From: the human T2T-CHM13v2.0 reference genome, Homo sapiens
Assembly (NCBI RefSeq): GCF_009914755.1
Contig: NC_060942.1
DNA length: 64,000 nt
Reading direction: 5' to 3' (one strand)
Positions 1 to 12,009 of the stretch are shown in pieces. The notes under the pieces were generated by a model. The model was not told the DNA's origin and searched no databases. It saw only the letters and a list, made by a program, of their open reading frames with translations. Position 1 is the first letter of the stretch. Every line of letters begins with the position of its first letter. A program made the position numbers and the translations under genes.

Positions 1-305
1 GTACTCCCAGCACTTTGGGAGGCTGAGGTGGGCAGATCACCTGAGGTCAAGAGTTCCAGACCAGCCTGGTCAACATGGTGAAACCCTGTCTCTACTAAAA
101 ACACACAAATTAGCCAGGCATCATGGCACATGCCTGTACGGCTGTAATCCCAGCTACCTGGGAGGCTGAGGCAGGAAAATCACTTCAACCAGGGAGGCAG
201 AGGTTGCAGTGAGCCGAGCTGGTGCTACTGCACTCCAGCCTGGGTAACAGAGTGACACTCGGTCTCAAAAGAAAAAAAAAAAAAAACAAAAACAAAGACA
301 AAACT
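1..305 (+). mobile_element. Alu SINE (AluS-like), 5' end cut by window edge
   Basis: CCCAGCACTTTGGGAGGCTGAGG left arm, TACTAAAA linker, right arm ending CACTCCAGCCTGGG...GTCTC followed by an A-rich tail. Confidence 0.97.
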
Positions 306-310
306 AACCA

Positions 311-382
311 AACAGGAAGTCAATAAAGCTAAAGAAAGTGTAATTTAACAGGAAGTCAATAAAGCTAAAGGAAGTGTAATTT
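311..382. repeat. 36-bp tandem duplication (2 copies)
   Basis: AACAGGAAGTCAATAAAGCTAAAG(A/G)AAGTGTAATTT at 311-346 and 347-382, 1 mismatch. Confidence 0.95.
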
Positions 383-740
383 TAAATCACTTTCTACTTC
401 ACAGGCAGTTCCTATTCTATTACTCTGAAAACACATTCCTCCATTTATTTCCAATATATGAATAAATTTACATACAGAGACAGTGCAATTTCATTAGATG
501 CTCTTATCTCCTGCAGCAGTGTTTTTAAAAGTTGGATTATGGTCCTATCTCTGCCAGATAGGGTGCTTTCTGAAGTAAAACTTTGGAATTACTAGGCATG
601 TAACTTGGGACCCAGGAGCACATATATTTTAAAACATAGGTAATTTTTATGTGCACTATATTCGGAAAATGACAAATCACCACCAATTTTCTCAAAATAC
701 ATTATAATAACCTTTGCAATATGCAAAATATTTTAGCTTA

Positions 741-1561
741 CAGTATGTCCTCAAATAATGTCTTTCATCATAACAGTAAGAGAAACAAAATCTATTCCCT
801 GCTGCAGTCACTATGTAGAGTTTGAGACTCTCCCCATGTCTGCATGGGTTTCCTCCAGTTACTCCTGTTTCCTCCTACATCCCAAAGACGCATGTGCTAG
901 GTGAATTGGCGTGTGTAAATGGTCCTAGGCTGAGTGACTGCGGGTGTGTGAGTGGCCCTGCAGTGGGACGGTGTCTTGTCCAGGTGGGTTCCCACTTGGT
1001 ACCCTGAGCTGCTGGGATAGACTCAGGCCACCTGTGACCCTGAACTGGAATAAACAGGTTGGAAAAGGAATGAATACATATTATCGTAAAATAAAAATTT
1101 ATAAAGCATGCAATCATCCTGTGGATGCATTAAAATAAACCATGCAATAAAAAAGTCCTCAGCAAACTCACCTTATATGTGCTTGTTTTTGGATTGCATG
1201 GAGGCTGGAGGTGCCCTTGACCATCTTCAGTTTGGAAACATTTCTTCGTTTATTTATCACACCACCACTACTATCTCCGACCTCACTGATTCACCAGAAA
1301 TTGGATAAATAATTGTCTCGTTTTTATGAGTCTTTCTTAAATGTGTGTATAGCTCACACTTATTTCAGTGTTTAATATTAGAAGCATTTGCGGATTTTAA
1401 TTTTTAAATTTCATGATGTTTTTGTGACCAGTAACAAGCCATAGGAACTCAACTCTCATTTATATCCATTAGCCAATGGTAAAATTGGTTTGTTATACAT
1501 TGTTTCACATAAAATCACAGTTTCCAAGAACCTATGGATGACTTTAGGTGAGGACTTACTG
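741..1561 (+). mobile_element. MER6 (TcMar-Tigger non-autonomous DNA transposon), near full length
   Basis: TIRs CAGTATGTCCTCA (741) and TGAGGACTTACTG (ends 1561); TA target duplications at 739-740 and 1562-1563; internal TCTCCCCATGTCTGCATGGGTTT...CATCCCAAAGA core recalled from MER6. Confidence 0.85.
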
Positions 1562-1587
1562 TATTTTTGATTTAGGCACTACTGGGG

Positions 1588-1588
1588 G

Positions 1589-1620
<32 letters not shown>

Positions 1621-1636
1621 AAGAGAGAGAGAGAGA
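1588..1636. repeat. (GA)n microsatellite
   Basis: GAGAGA run with GACA interruptions. Confidence 0.95.
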
Positions 1637-2270
1637 AACGTGAATGAGGGCAGCGATTGAGATAAATATATTTTGTTATTGGTAATCTTAAGTGATGTAT
1701 TTTCAAGGCTATTTTATATATCTTCTAGTTACATTTAAGTAGATATCACAAATAAAGTATATTTTCCCATCTGCTGCACTCACGCTTGAAGCTCTGTGCT
1801 GGAGACAGGTTGGTGGCTGTTTAGTGGCATTGGCCTTGACAGCATGTGCAAGGAGCAGCAAAATGTGAGAAGTCTTCCCCGCCAAGGTGAGGCAGGTGTG
1901 AGGAGTGGTAGCATATGGACACATGATTAACTGGCTGGGTATGTATGACAAAAATAATTCTACTTTAAGCTAGTTAAAATTAATTATCCTACCTTGCCTT
2001 ATGCCAGATAGAATGAATTCATTTTTTTCTAAATATATGGTTTATTTGGCACAATTTGGGTGAATGTAGTTGAGATGCTTTTTACCCATATTAATGAGCA
2101 TTTCATAATGAATACTTTGTCCTTTGGCTGTATATACAATATAGAAAAAAAGAAAATTTGAATTTACAATATTTTTTGAAATCCAGATTTGTCCTTTATT
2201 AAATGATTATTTTAGTTGTAACGTTTTCTACTGTTTTTATTTGAGTGACTATTTGTTAGCCTAACTTGGA

Positions 2271-2322
2271 TTAGGTTGGTACAAAAGTCATTGAGGTTTT
2301 TGCCATTTTTGCATCAGCCTAA
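2271..2322. mobile_element. MADE1 (Hsmar1-derived MITE), internally deleted
   Basis: TTAGGTTGGTACAAAAGTCATTGAGGTTTTTGCCATT...TTTGCATCAGCCTAA matches both MADE1 termini; TA at right flank. Confidence 0.85.
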
Positions 2323-2766
2323 TACCATATGAGGAATGCCTCTCTCATTATTTCCGATAAGATGTGTCTTATCCACTTTTTGCTTATTAGCATGTAACCC
2401 ATTTTAAGGAAAAAATCAATTTCAGTCGGTGCTTAGTTTTAATAGTTGTAAAGTACGAATGAAGATTTTTTTCCAAACTGAGGTAAAGTGTTTTTTTCTA
2501 TGACATATAGGCAGAATGAGTTTACAAATGTTGCAATCCCTCTCCTTGTTTAGTTCATGTGGAATTGAAATATGTAAATAACAGAGACAAGGAATATTAA
2601 GCCTTATTTTTATAAAAGGTGCAAGTTATCACATCTTATATATTATAGGTATGAGAAATTTCATGTAAATTTAGTTAGCATCTATTCCTTCCTTTGTTTA
2701 TTCATGTAGTCAACAAACATTTTCTTAATATTAGATCAGTTAGTTTGGTTGTAGATAAGAGAATAA

Positions 2767-2802
2767 ATAGATAGATAGATAGATATGCATCTATCTATCT
2801 AT
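2767..2802. repeat. (GATA)n/(TATC)n inverted microsatellite pair
   Basis: ATAGATAGATAGAT-ATGC-ATCTATCTATCTAT, perfect 14-bp arms at 2771-2784 and 2789-2802. Confidence 0.9.
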
Positions 2803-3219
2803 GCTATTACATATGTAATAGAAGGAATTTGATGATTTGGAAGGACTAGGGGAACCAGCTCTTCACTGGGCATGCTGACCTAACACCCAGTAGACTACCA
2901 CAGCATGTGCCAAACTAAAGAATGGGCACCTCTGGGAAGTACCAGAAGATGCAGGGGTCAGGATGCCACTGTCCCATCAGCTCACTCCGTGATCACTCAA
3001 CCTTAGCTGAGAGTGAGAAAGTTTCCCACAGAACTGGGCCTGCTAGCTCTGTATCTCCTTGTTGCCTCTTTTCCTGCTTTAATCAGTTCCAAATCCAGAT
3101 CTCTTTTTTCCAGCATCTAAATCTAATCTGCAGCTCTAGCTTCCAGGAAGTCAGGGAAATGTGGATGTTTTGTGGTACATGAGGGAAAACTAGAAGGAAG
3201 CTGGAAAAGATGTTGAGAT

Positions 3220-3660
3220 GTGTTTGAGGCACATACAAGGTAGATAGGGGATATAAGGTTGGCAAGATACACAATGTGACAGCTGTCCTCATGAGGCTTA
3301 CAGTCAAGTGGAGAAAACTAAAGTCAATCAAATCATCAACAAAAAGTCTCTTGAGGTGACTCTGTTCAATGTTACAAATTAGTACATTCGTTGCATTGCT
3401 TTCTCCTGGGAAATGATGACTCAGATTGAGGTCAGAAGGATGAAAGGAAATCGGTACCTGGGTAGGCTGAATCAGGGCAAGGGGCCTCCCATGGTTTGCA
3501 GAGGGCCCAAGGTCTGGACAGGAGCCCTGTGTGGCTGGAGAGAGGAGCAAATGCCAATGTGACTAGAGTGAGTCGGTGAGCACAGAGGTGCAGGCCCCAG
3601 CAGGAAATCAGTAGGAAGCAAGGGGATGACACAATCAGACAGGGATTTTGAAATAACGAT
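3220..3660 (-). mobile_element. L2 LINE fragment (highly decayed)
   Basis: Purine-rich L2-type motifs (GTCCTCATGAGGCTTACAGTC, TGTGTGGCTGGAG); boundaries approximate. Confidence 0.5.
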
Positions 3661-6580
3661 TTTGCCTGGAATCAGAGCTCCAGGTGGAGAAGTGTGTTTC
3701 AACCTCCCATTGTTCATAGCTTTGTGCTCTTTTGTTTGGTTAACGTTTGTATCTTTCTGAGAAAACTGAATTTCTTGAAAACCAGCATTTTTTTTTTCTT
3801 TTTGGAGACAATTTAAGTGTCTTGGGGTGAAGGGAGAGCATTGGTTTGGAGGGAGAGATGCTTGGAAGGTCAGTGAGGTTCTGGGGCTCCCCGGTCTGTG
3901 TTGACAGAGCCACAGTACCCTGGGTTGGTCATGGAATTTCCAGGAAGGATCTGATGATGGCTGATGAGCCTGGGGAGTAGCTGTGCTCAGCATAGCTACA
4001 CGTACTGTGGAAACTGCGGGAAAGATGCAAAGAAAGGAGTCTTGCGATCTCTGAAATTAAGCTGCTAACTCTTCCTCCGTTATACTTAGCTAGTGTAGCT
4101 AAGGGAATTGTCATGTTATGACCTTTTCTAATAGCTGTACCTTACATCCTGTTGTTTCTGTCTGTCCAAATTTACTTCCACTGGGATTAAAGTATCCTTC
4201 TATCTTGTATTAATCGCTGTGTCCATCAATTCTGGTTATTTTTGGTGTATCTAATGAAATAACTTAGTTTCTTTAATTTAAAAACCTGCATATCAATCCC
4301 CAGTTATCAATCCCCAATATCAAATAATTATTTCGGATGCTTTCTTTTAGCATCATCTGAAAATTACTTGTTTATTATTTATTTACCAAGAATCGCTATG
4401 TTTTGTTCTTTCTATGTCTCTTTTTAGTCCTAATGTTTTACATTATAATCAGTGTTTTTCAATTCACCATAGCAATATAAAAAGTTATTTTTATTGGATA
4501 TAACCTGGAAATAAACATCATTTTTAAGAAAAAGGACAATGTGCTACATAATATACCTATTTTATTTGCCTTATGTACACCAAAATAATGCACACATACA
4601 TATATATGTATATATGATATAGTTTACTCTCTTCACACATGCAAACTTGCACAGCCACATATACATCAGGTGAGTATGCCAATGTAGTACACCAAATATT
4701 TGTTAATCCAAGAGGGTAAAGACAATTAGAAAATTCTTAAGTTTCTATTAGAATAATGATCTGTTCATCTGATATCAGAAGGTGTTAAACCTAAAACCTA
4801 CATATAAATCTCAACTTTATCAAGGCAAAACTTACAAAATTAAATACCTTTGAGAGTCAGCATTCATTTCATCTTATAAATCTTAGATGATTTTTGTTTT
4901 AGGGCCCCTGGTATCTCTATTCCCTGACTTCCGCTTTAACATTCACTGATTTTTTTTCTCTACAATTAACTCCGTCCCCAAATTTTGAGTCACCTCCTAT
5001 GGTTATGGTTGATTCTGTGTCTACCTCCAGGTGAGTGATGCATGTTTGACTAATCCAAACATTTAGTGACCACGTATACTAGTATGGCCAAGCAACTGCA
5101 TCAGAGACAATTAAATGTAATTATGGTTAGTCTTTTTAGAGAGATACCTTTTCTTGTCTGTTACAATTAAACCTGCAAAAGTATAGATTTGGAGCTGTTA
5201 AAGATCTTACTATTACTTGGAATTAAATCAGAAAGAGAGAGCGGGAACATGTCAAGAAACCTGAACAGAAGACATAATGAGCTTCTGGATTAAGCATTGT
5301 TTGGATTAAGACACCCTTGGGGTTTTCAACTATGTCAACAAATAGTCTTTCTCATTTAAGAAAATTGGAATTCCATTTACATTGCATTGGATTCATAGCA
5401 GTTCTAAAATTAATAGCAAATATAATCTTCACAAGCAGTAATTCTTAAAGAAAAATAGTTTATTAAATAAAAAATAAACTTCCCTTTAAGAAAAACCAGA
5501 GAATTGATGTCTTATTTTGTTATTCATTACTAGGATAGCAAGTTGCATTTAGTTTTTAGCTATCGAATATGTATTGTATATAAAAGGGAAAGAAGGGAAT
5601 ATACATTATCACATCTATGTGCACATGTGTTAAGACTACAAGTGGAATATGTGGAGGCTTTTTCTGTATCTGTGTTGAAGAAAACTACTCCCCAATACAT
5701 TTTATAGTCTTATCCCTTATATCTATTTTGGAAAGATGTATTCTATGATACATATTATATTATTATTTATTAATGTCATAATATTAAATAATTTTCCCAA
5801 CTACTAGTTACCAACACAAAATATTTAAAGTGATAATGAAACTAAGTTATTCACTGTATGTGCATGAGTATATATGTACATATACACTGAATATATACTC
5901 AGAAGGGAAACAGTAGAAATGGGATTTTGTTATATTGACCACATTTGTAATCTCTAGTAGGAATCCAGGCTTTAACATGGTAATACCCAAGATAAATATC
6001 GTTTTTATATTTCTTATATATTTTTACCCATGCTGAACTAAAAAACATTGGTTTCCTAATCAATGCCAGCAGGTTATTTTAGAGATTAATTACAATTTTG
6101 TTGGAAATTCAGAAGCAGAATTTTGGTGTCTAGAAAAAGTATTCATCTTGTTAGAGTCACGATACTACTGGAATTTGAGGCAATTCCTTACACAGATCTG
6201 TGTTCTCCTGAGAGTCCTCTTATTCTTCTAGCCATACACAGTATGAACTTGAACTCTGCTGCAAACTTAGGCTACAAAAAACTTTTCTTTATAAGTTCTG
6301 AGTTAGCTGTGACAATTTTATTACTACTTCTGGATGTTCAGGTGAGTTAATCAATGTACTTTATTTACTAAAGGTGGTATTGAGATATTGTAGTTTATGT
6401 AGATCTCTATTCTAAGGGAGAGAATGTCTTCAATAATTGTTGTGGTGAATTTTGAATATATTCTTGCATTCTTTTTTAATAACCCAGTCATAATTACTAA
6501 GATATATGAATACTTCAAAATTTTAGTTCAGTTTTATCAAGACCTGCAATGATGCCGTACCCCAAGGAAAAGTATTCTTA

Positions 6581-7013
<433 letters not shown>

Positions 7014-7060
7014 GGAAAATTATTATTAAAAGACATTAGGTCCACTTTTAGGTACTGTGG

Positions 7061-7538
7061 TGTATTAGTCCATTTTCACACTGCTGATAAAGATATACCT
7101 GAGACTGGGAAGAAAAAGACGTTTCATTGGACTTATAGCTCCATATGGCTGGGGAGGCCTCAGAATCATGGTGAGAGGTGAAAGGCACTTCTCACACTGC
7201 TATGAAGAAATACCTGAGACTGGGTAATTTATAAAAGAAAAAGATTTAATTGACTCAGTTCTGCATTGCTGGGGAGGCCTCAGGAAACTTACAATCATGG
7301 AGGAAGGCAAAGGAGAAGCAGGCACCTTTCTCACAGGGCAGCAGGACAGAGTAAATGCTGAGTGAAGGTGGAAACCGCTTATAAAATCATGAACTCACTC
7401 AGTATCACAAGGACCACATAGGGGAAACTGACCTCATGATTCAACCTGTTCTCCCTTTTGGCACGTGGGAATTATGGGGTTTATGAGGGTTATAATTCAA
7501 GATGAGATTCTGGGTGAGGACACAGCCAAACCATATCA
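7061..7538 (-). mobile_element. MaLR LTR, chimeric THE1C-like + THE1D/MSTA-like
   Basis: Starts TGTATTAGTCC and ends CAAACCATATCA; the CTGCT...ATACCTGAGACTGGG block occurs twice (~7080 and ~7197). Confidence 0.9.
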
Positions 7539-7784
7539 GCAGGGCTGGTTTCCTTTTGCCAAGTTTCAAGCAGTGGTATATGGGCCAAAGATGGCTCCAC
7601 ATGCCAAAGGTGGCATAAGGGCTCCAAATGTTCTCCTCATCCAGAGATGAGATGTTGTAAAAGTGTCATGCCCTGGTCACCTTCACCTACTTAGTTATGA
7701 ACAGGACTAGCTACTTCAGAGGTGCCCTCAGCAGTGATACACAGAAACGTTTAAGGCCTCTTCCAATATTCTAGCCTTAGTCCT

Positions 7785-7980
7785 TGATATGGTTTGGCTG
7801 TATCCCCACCCAAATCTCATCCTGAATTCCCACGTGTGGTGGGAGGGACCCAGTAGGAGGTAATTGAATCACGGAGGCAAGTCTTTCCTGTGCTGTTCTT
7901 ATAATAGTGAATAAGTTTCATGAGATATGATGGTTTTTAAAAAGAGGAGTTTCCCCACACAAGCTCTCTCTCTTTGCCTG
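7785..7980 (+). mobile_element. THE1 LTR, 5' half only
   Basis: TGATATGGTTTGGCTGTATCCCCACCCAAATCTCATC start; breaks off after CTCTTTGCCTG. Confidence 0.9.
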
Positions 7981-7995
7981 ATTAACTGTATGTCT

Positions 7996-8541
7996 ATGGT
8001 AGGCAGAATAATGGTTTCCAAAGCTATCCAAATTTTAGTCACTGGAACTGTCAGTGTGTTACTTATATGTCAAAAAGAGTTTTGCAGGTGGAAAGAAGGC
8101 TGCTAATCAGTTAACATCGCATATATAGATTACCCTACATTATCTCCATGGGGCCAGTGTAATCACAAGGGTCCTTAAATATAGAAAATTAAGGCAATCG
8201 AGTTGGCAGTAGAATAAGCAGGACTTGACCTGCCATTGCTGGCTTTGAAGATAGAGAAGCGAGCACAAGCCAAGGATTTCAGGCAGGCTCTAAGAGCAGA
8301 GAAAGGCCTCTGCTTGACAGCCAGCAAAGAAATGGGGAGCGTAATCCTACAAACACAAGGGACTAACTCTGCCACAGCTTGAATGATCAAAGAAGCAAAT
8401 CTCCTGTAGAGCCTATTAAAATATTGCAATTGTAGCCACGTGAGAGCTATGTCAGGCTTCTGACCTCCAGAATTCCAAGATAATAAATTTGTATTGTTTA
8501 AACCATTGTTAGTCATAATTTGTTACAGCAACAACTAACAC
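7996..8541 (+). mobile_element. MLT1 (D/E-like) MaLR LTR
   Basis: GGTAGGCAGAATAATGG start; CTTCTGACCTCCAGAA...ATAATAAATTTGTATTGTTTAAA...TTTGTTACAGCA...ACTAACACA end. Confidence 0.85.
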
Positions 8542-9429
8542 AACACCACTACTCTTGGGACTTGGATTTGATGCTCTGATAGGGACTGGGTCCGATTTCA
8601 TTCAGTTTGTCTCATACAACACTTGATTAGTGCTATTATCAACAGAATTCTGATCAGCAGTATGAGGCCAATCAGCAATATTGATCTCAGCCATGCACAC
8701 CAGAATCCTGCACTCAGCCTATTGAATAAGCCCCCAGAAGAAGTAGTGTGTCTTATTTCAGATAATCATTCATTTTCACTTCTCATCTTATGGCTCATAT
8801 GCACTGCTCCACCTGAACAGTGTTAATTAAGACAGCAGAAATTGTTGATGACTACATATCTTTCTCCTTGTTGAGCCAAGATGTAGATTATGGGTTGTTA
8901 ATTGCAACTCATACAAGAATTGCTGATATACGGCTTATGCTGTCTCAGAGGGGACACAGGTTACCCTAGTTTGGAAATTGTTGAACTTGTTTTGGATCAG
9001 TATTATGTTGATTTGTTTAGGCCTCAAGAACAGAATCACCACATATTTGCAGATTCAATAGCCATGCATACATAACTGAAGGCCAGTTGGGAGTCAGAAG
9101 CAGCACTTGAATTTTTATCAGTTCAAATGAAACAAGGTTGTCCAGTCTGTGCGTTTGTGCATGCACAAGACAAGTCTGCATTCATGAGCTGTGGTTGATG
9201 ATAAAAGGCCCAGCAGGTCCAGCCATGCCTGCTGCTTGACTCAGGTGGATCTCTCTCCCCATGCCTTCTGAAGCCTCAGGTGTTCCCTCTTTAGTTGTTG
9301 CGGTTTCTTCTCTCCCAGGTTGCTACTCTGTTTTTATAAACCCATTCCTCACCTGTACCCAGAGATTTTGTCCAGGTGAGTCCGGTTTCATGGAGCAGGG
9401 ACACAAATAAGGTTCCCATTGGGGGAAAG

Positions 9430-9600
9430 GATATTTATTGAGCACCTATTATAAGCCAGCTGCTCATACTTGCTATGTGGGTTTACCTTAACTATAATCT
9501 TGGGTATAAATTTTATTATTGATATTTTACAAACATGGAAGTTGCCAGAAAGGCTTAGTGACTTGCTCAAGTCTGACATTACTTAGCCTTCTGATCTCTG
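9430..9600 (-). mobile_element. MIR SINE
   Basis: ATTTATTGAGCACCTA...ATTTTACAAA...AGTGACTTGCTCAAGTC core. Confidence 0.7.
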
Positions 9601-10074
9601 TTGCCTTTTTAGATGGCTTGCAATAAAAAAAATTCAATATATTACATTGAATGGGTCAATGTGATTCAAAAGCCCCTGTTTCCTCCTTTATACTATACTG
9701 CCTTCTACTCCAAAAAAGGACATGGAGAATCTCTGTTAAATGAAAACATATAAATATAAACATACAGAAACATACACATACAGTTTTTTTTTTACCATTC
9801 TGTCCTGTTTTAATAAAAACAGGGAATCATTTAGCAATTTATGTAACTCCCAAGAAAATTTTTCCAGGCACAAATATAGGTACTTAGTGTGTATACAAAA
9901 AATGTATATGAAATGTACATTTATTGTACACTACAGAAATCAGGCTATACAAAAATGTATATATGTATTTTTATATATTTGTAATAAAATACCTATGCAA
10001 ACTATACAGTGTGTATGACACCAACATAATTATTTTACTGAAATCAATTTAATAAATAATATTATTATTTAATA

Positions 10075-10255
10075 CTAAAATAACTGCCACGAATTGAGCA
10101 CATAGTATGTGCAATGCCTTGTGCTATGTATGGTGTGAATATGACATCATAAAAAATTAGCTGATAGGTATTTTATCACCCCCATTTTGTAGATGAGACA
10201 CCTGAAATCCTATGAGAATATGTAACAAGAAGCAAGTATTCAAACACAGGTTCAC
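10075..10255 (-). mobile_element. MIR SINE
   Basis: TTGAGCACATAGTATGTGC...ATCACCCCCATTTTGTAGATGAG. Confidence 0.7.
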
Positions 10256-10807
10256 ACTAAAGAGTGAAGAAAAGCATTGTTTGAATATTGCCTTCCTGTG
10301 AGCCAGAAATTAAAGAGAGTTAGTGGCGACCTTGGTAACAGAATTGCATTAAGCTTGTTGTCTTTATATCACCTAGAAAACAACATCACACATGAGTAGT
10401 CACCAACACAGATCACATTCCATCTGAGACATGGTTAGCCTGCATTTGCAGCTAAGAGGTTCATAATAATGAATATATGGATCCTATGGGAAATGGTTTT
10501 AAATTACCAACTATGCAAGGGATCTGTGGCCATCATCAGCAAAACTTGCTGCTTGTCCCACAGCTATTATACTTTCCTGAAGTGCCTGTTTCATTCTATG
10601 TTTATGGCTGTAAGTAGCATCATTAGCAACCAAGGAACTCTTGTAGGATTAAAGTTTCTGAACTGCCTATGTTACTACAATATGTCTTAAAACTTCTGAT
10701 GCTGTGGTACAGTCTCTGCATCTCAGCCCCCTTTTCCCTTCTTCCCCCCCAAAACTTATCAGATCTCTATTTTTAGGTACCCATTGGTTACATTTTCCTT
10801 ATACACC

Positions 10808-11183
10808 TAATATGGTTAGGCTTTGTGTCCCCACCCACATCTCATCTTAAATTGTAATCCCCATAATCCCATGTGTCAAGGGAGAAACCAGGTGGAGGTA
10901 ATTGAATCATGAGGGCAGTTTCCCCCATGCTGCTCTTGTGATAGTGGGTGAGTTCTCACGAGATCTGATGGTTTAATAAGGGGCTTTTCCCCCTACCTCC
11001 ACCATACTTCTTCCTGCCACCTTGTGAAGACGGTGTCTTGCTTCCTCTCTGCCTTCTGCCATAATTGTAAGTTTCCTGAGGTCTCCCCAGCTATGCTGAA
11101 CTGTGAGTCAATTAAACCTCTTTCCTTTATAAATTACCCAGTCTCAGGCAGTTCTTTATAACAGTATGAAAATGGACTAATAA
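10808..11183 (+). mobile_element. THE1D-like solo LTR
   Basis: ATATGGTTAGGCTTTGTGTCCCCACC...ATTAAACCTCTTTCCTTTATAAATTACCCAGTCTC...GGACTAATA; 5-bp TSD ACACC at 10803-10807 and 11184-11188. Confidence 0.93.
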
Positions 11184-11461
11184 ACACCCATTTACACCCA
11201 GATTTGGTTGGATGTATCAACAAAAGTGCAACATTGAAATCCTCTGGATGCTCAGCTTTTCAGAAGAATTTCTATGTGAGGGGAGATAGGTAGTTCAGGG
11301 GACTTATCAATAGGCCTGAACAATTGTTCCCTGACATGGACTCCCACCGTCTGCACACAAGCCCATGCTGGTCCTCACTTCAAGGTTCTTGTTAAGCACT
11401 GAAGAAATAAATTATCCTCTTGATCCCTTTGAGATTAGCTGAGTTGTACAAACACTTATGC

Positions 11462-11650
11462 CAAATGCTTCTCAAATTTTAGTGGGTTACCAGAGTCCCA
11501 GGGGGCTAGTTAAAATACTGTTTACCAGTGCCCACCCCCAGATTTGCTGATTGGGCAAGTCTGTGACAGGCCTAAGTATCTGCATCTCTCACAAGTTCCC
11601 AGCTGACACTAATGCTGCTGGCCAACAAACCACACCTTAGGGGCTACTGC
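11462..11650. mobile_element. MER5-family hAT-Charlie MITE
   Basis: TGCTTCTCAAATTTT...CCCACCCCCAGA...CTGCAT...ACAAGTTCCCAGCTGA...ACCACAC. Confidence 0.75.
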
Positions 11651-11827
11651 TATGCACTAAGGCACTCAGAAAGGATGCATGGAAGAACCAATGTTCTCAA
11701 AAACGACAGCCCTCCAATTATGCTATGGAAAAGCATTCTACCAGGTCTTCCTATCCTACCACCATCTACAACTTCTCTGACAAAATGTATTACAAAATAT
11801 ATAGAAATATGTATAAAACTATTCTTC

Positions 11828-12009
11828 GTTAGTTCTCAAACCTAGCTTCATATTAGTATCAGTTGGAGAGATGATTCAGAAATACTCAGTCAGATACCAC
11901 TCCCCAGAGTCTGATAAATCAATCTGGCTTGCTGTGATGGTATCAGCACCTTTTTTGGTGACTCCTGTTTCCAGGTGATTCAAATATACAGACGGGGCTA
12001 GAACCACAG
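11828..12009. mobile_element. MER5-family hAT-Charlie MITE
   Basis: GTTCTCAAACCT...CCCCAGAG...CCAGGTGATTC...GGGCTAGAACCACAG. Confidence 0.7.

Noticed and set aside
3472-3993. Longest ORF in the track (173 aa, minus strand) and the overlapping 155-aa ORF
   Set aside because: No recognisable domain; overlaps decayed L2-like sequence; length compatible with chance in locally GC-richer DNA.
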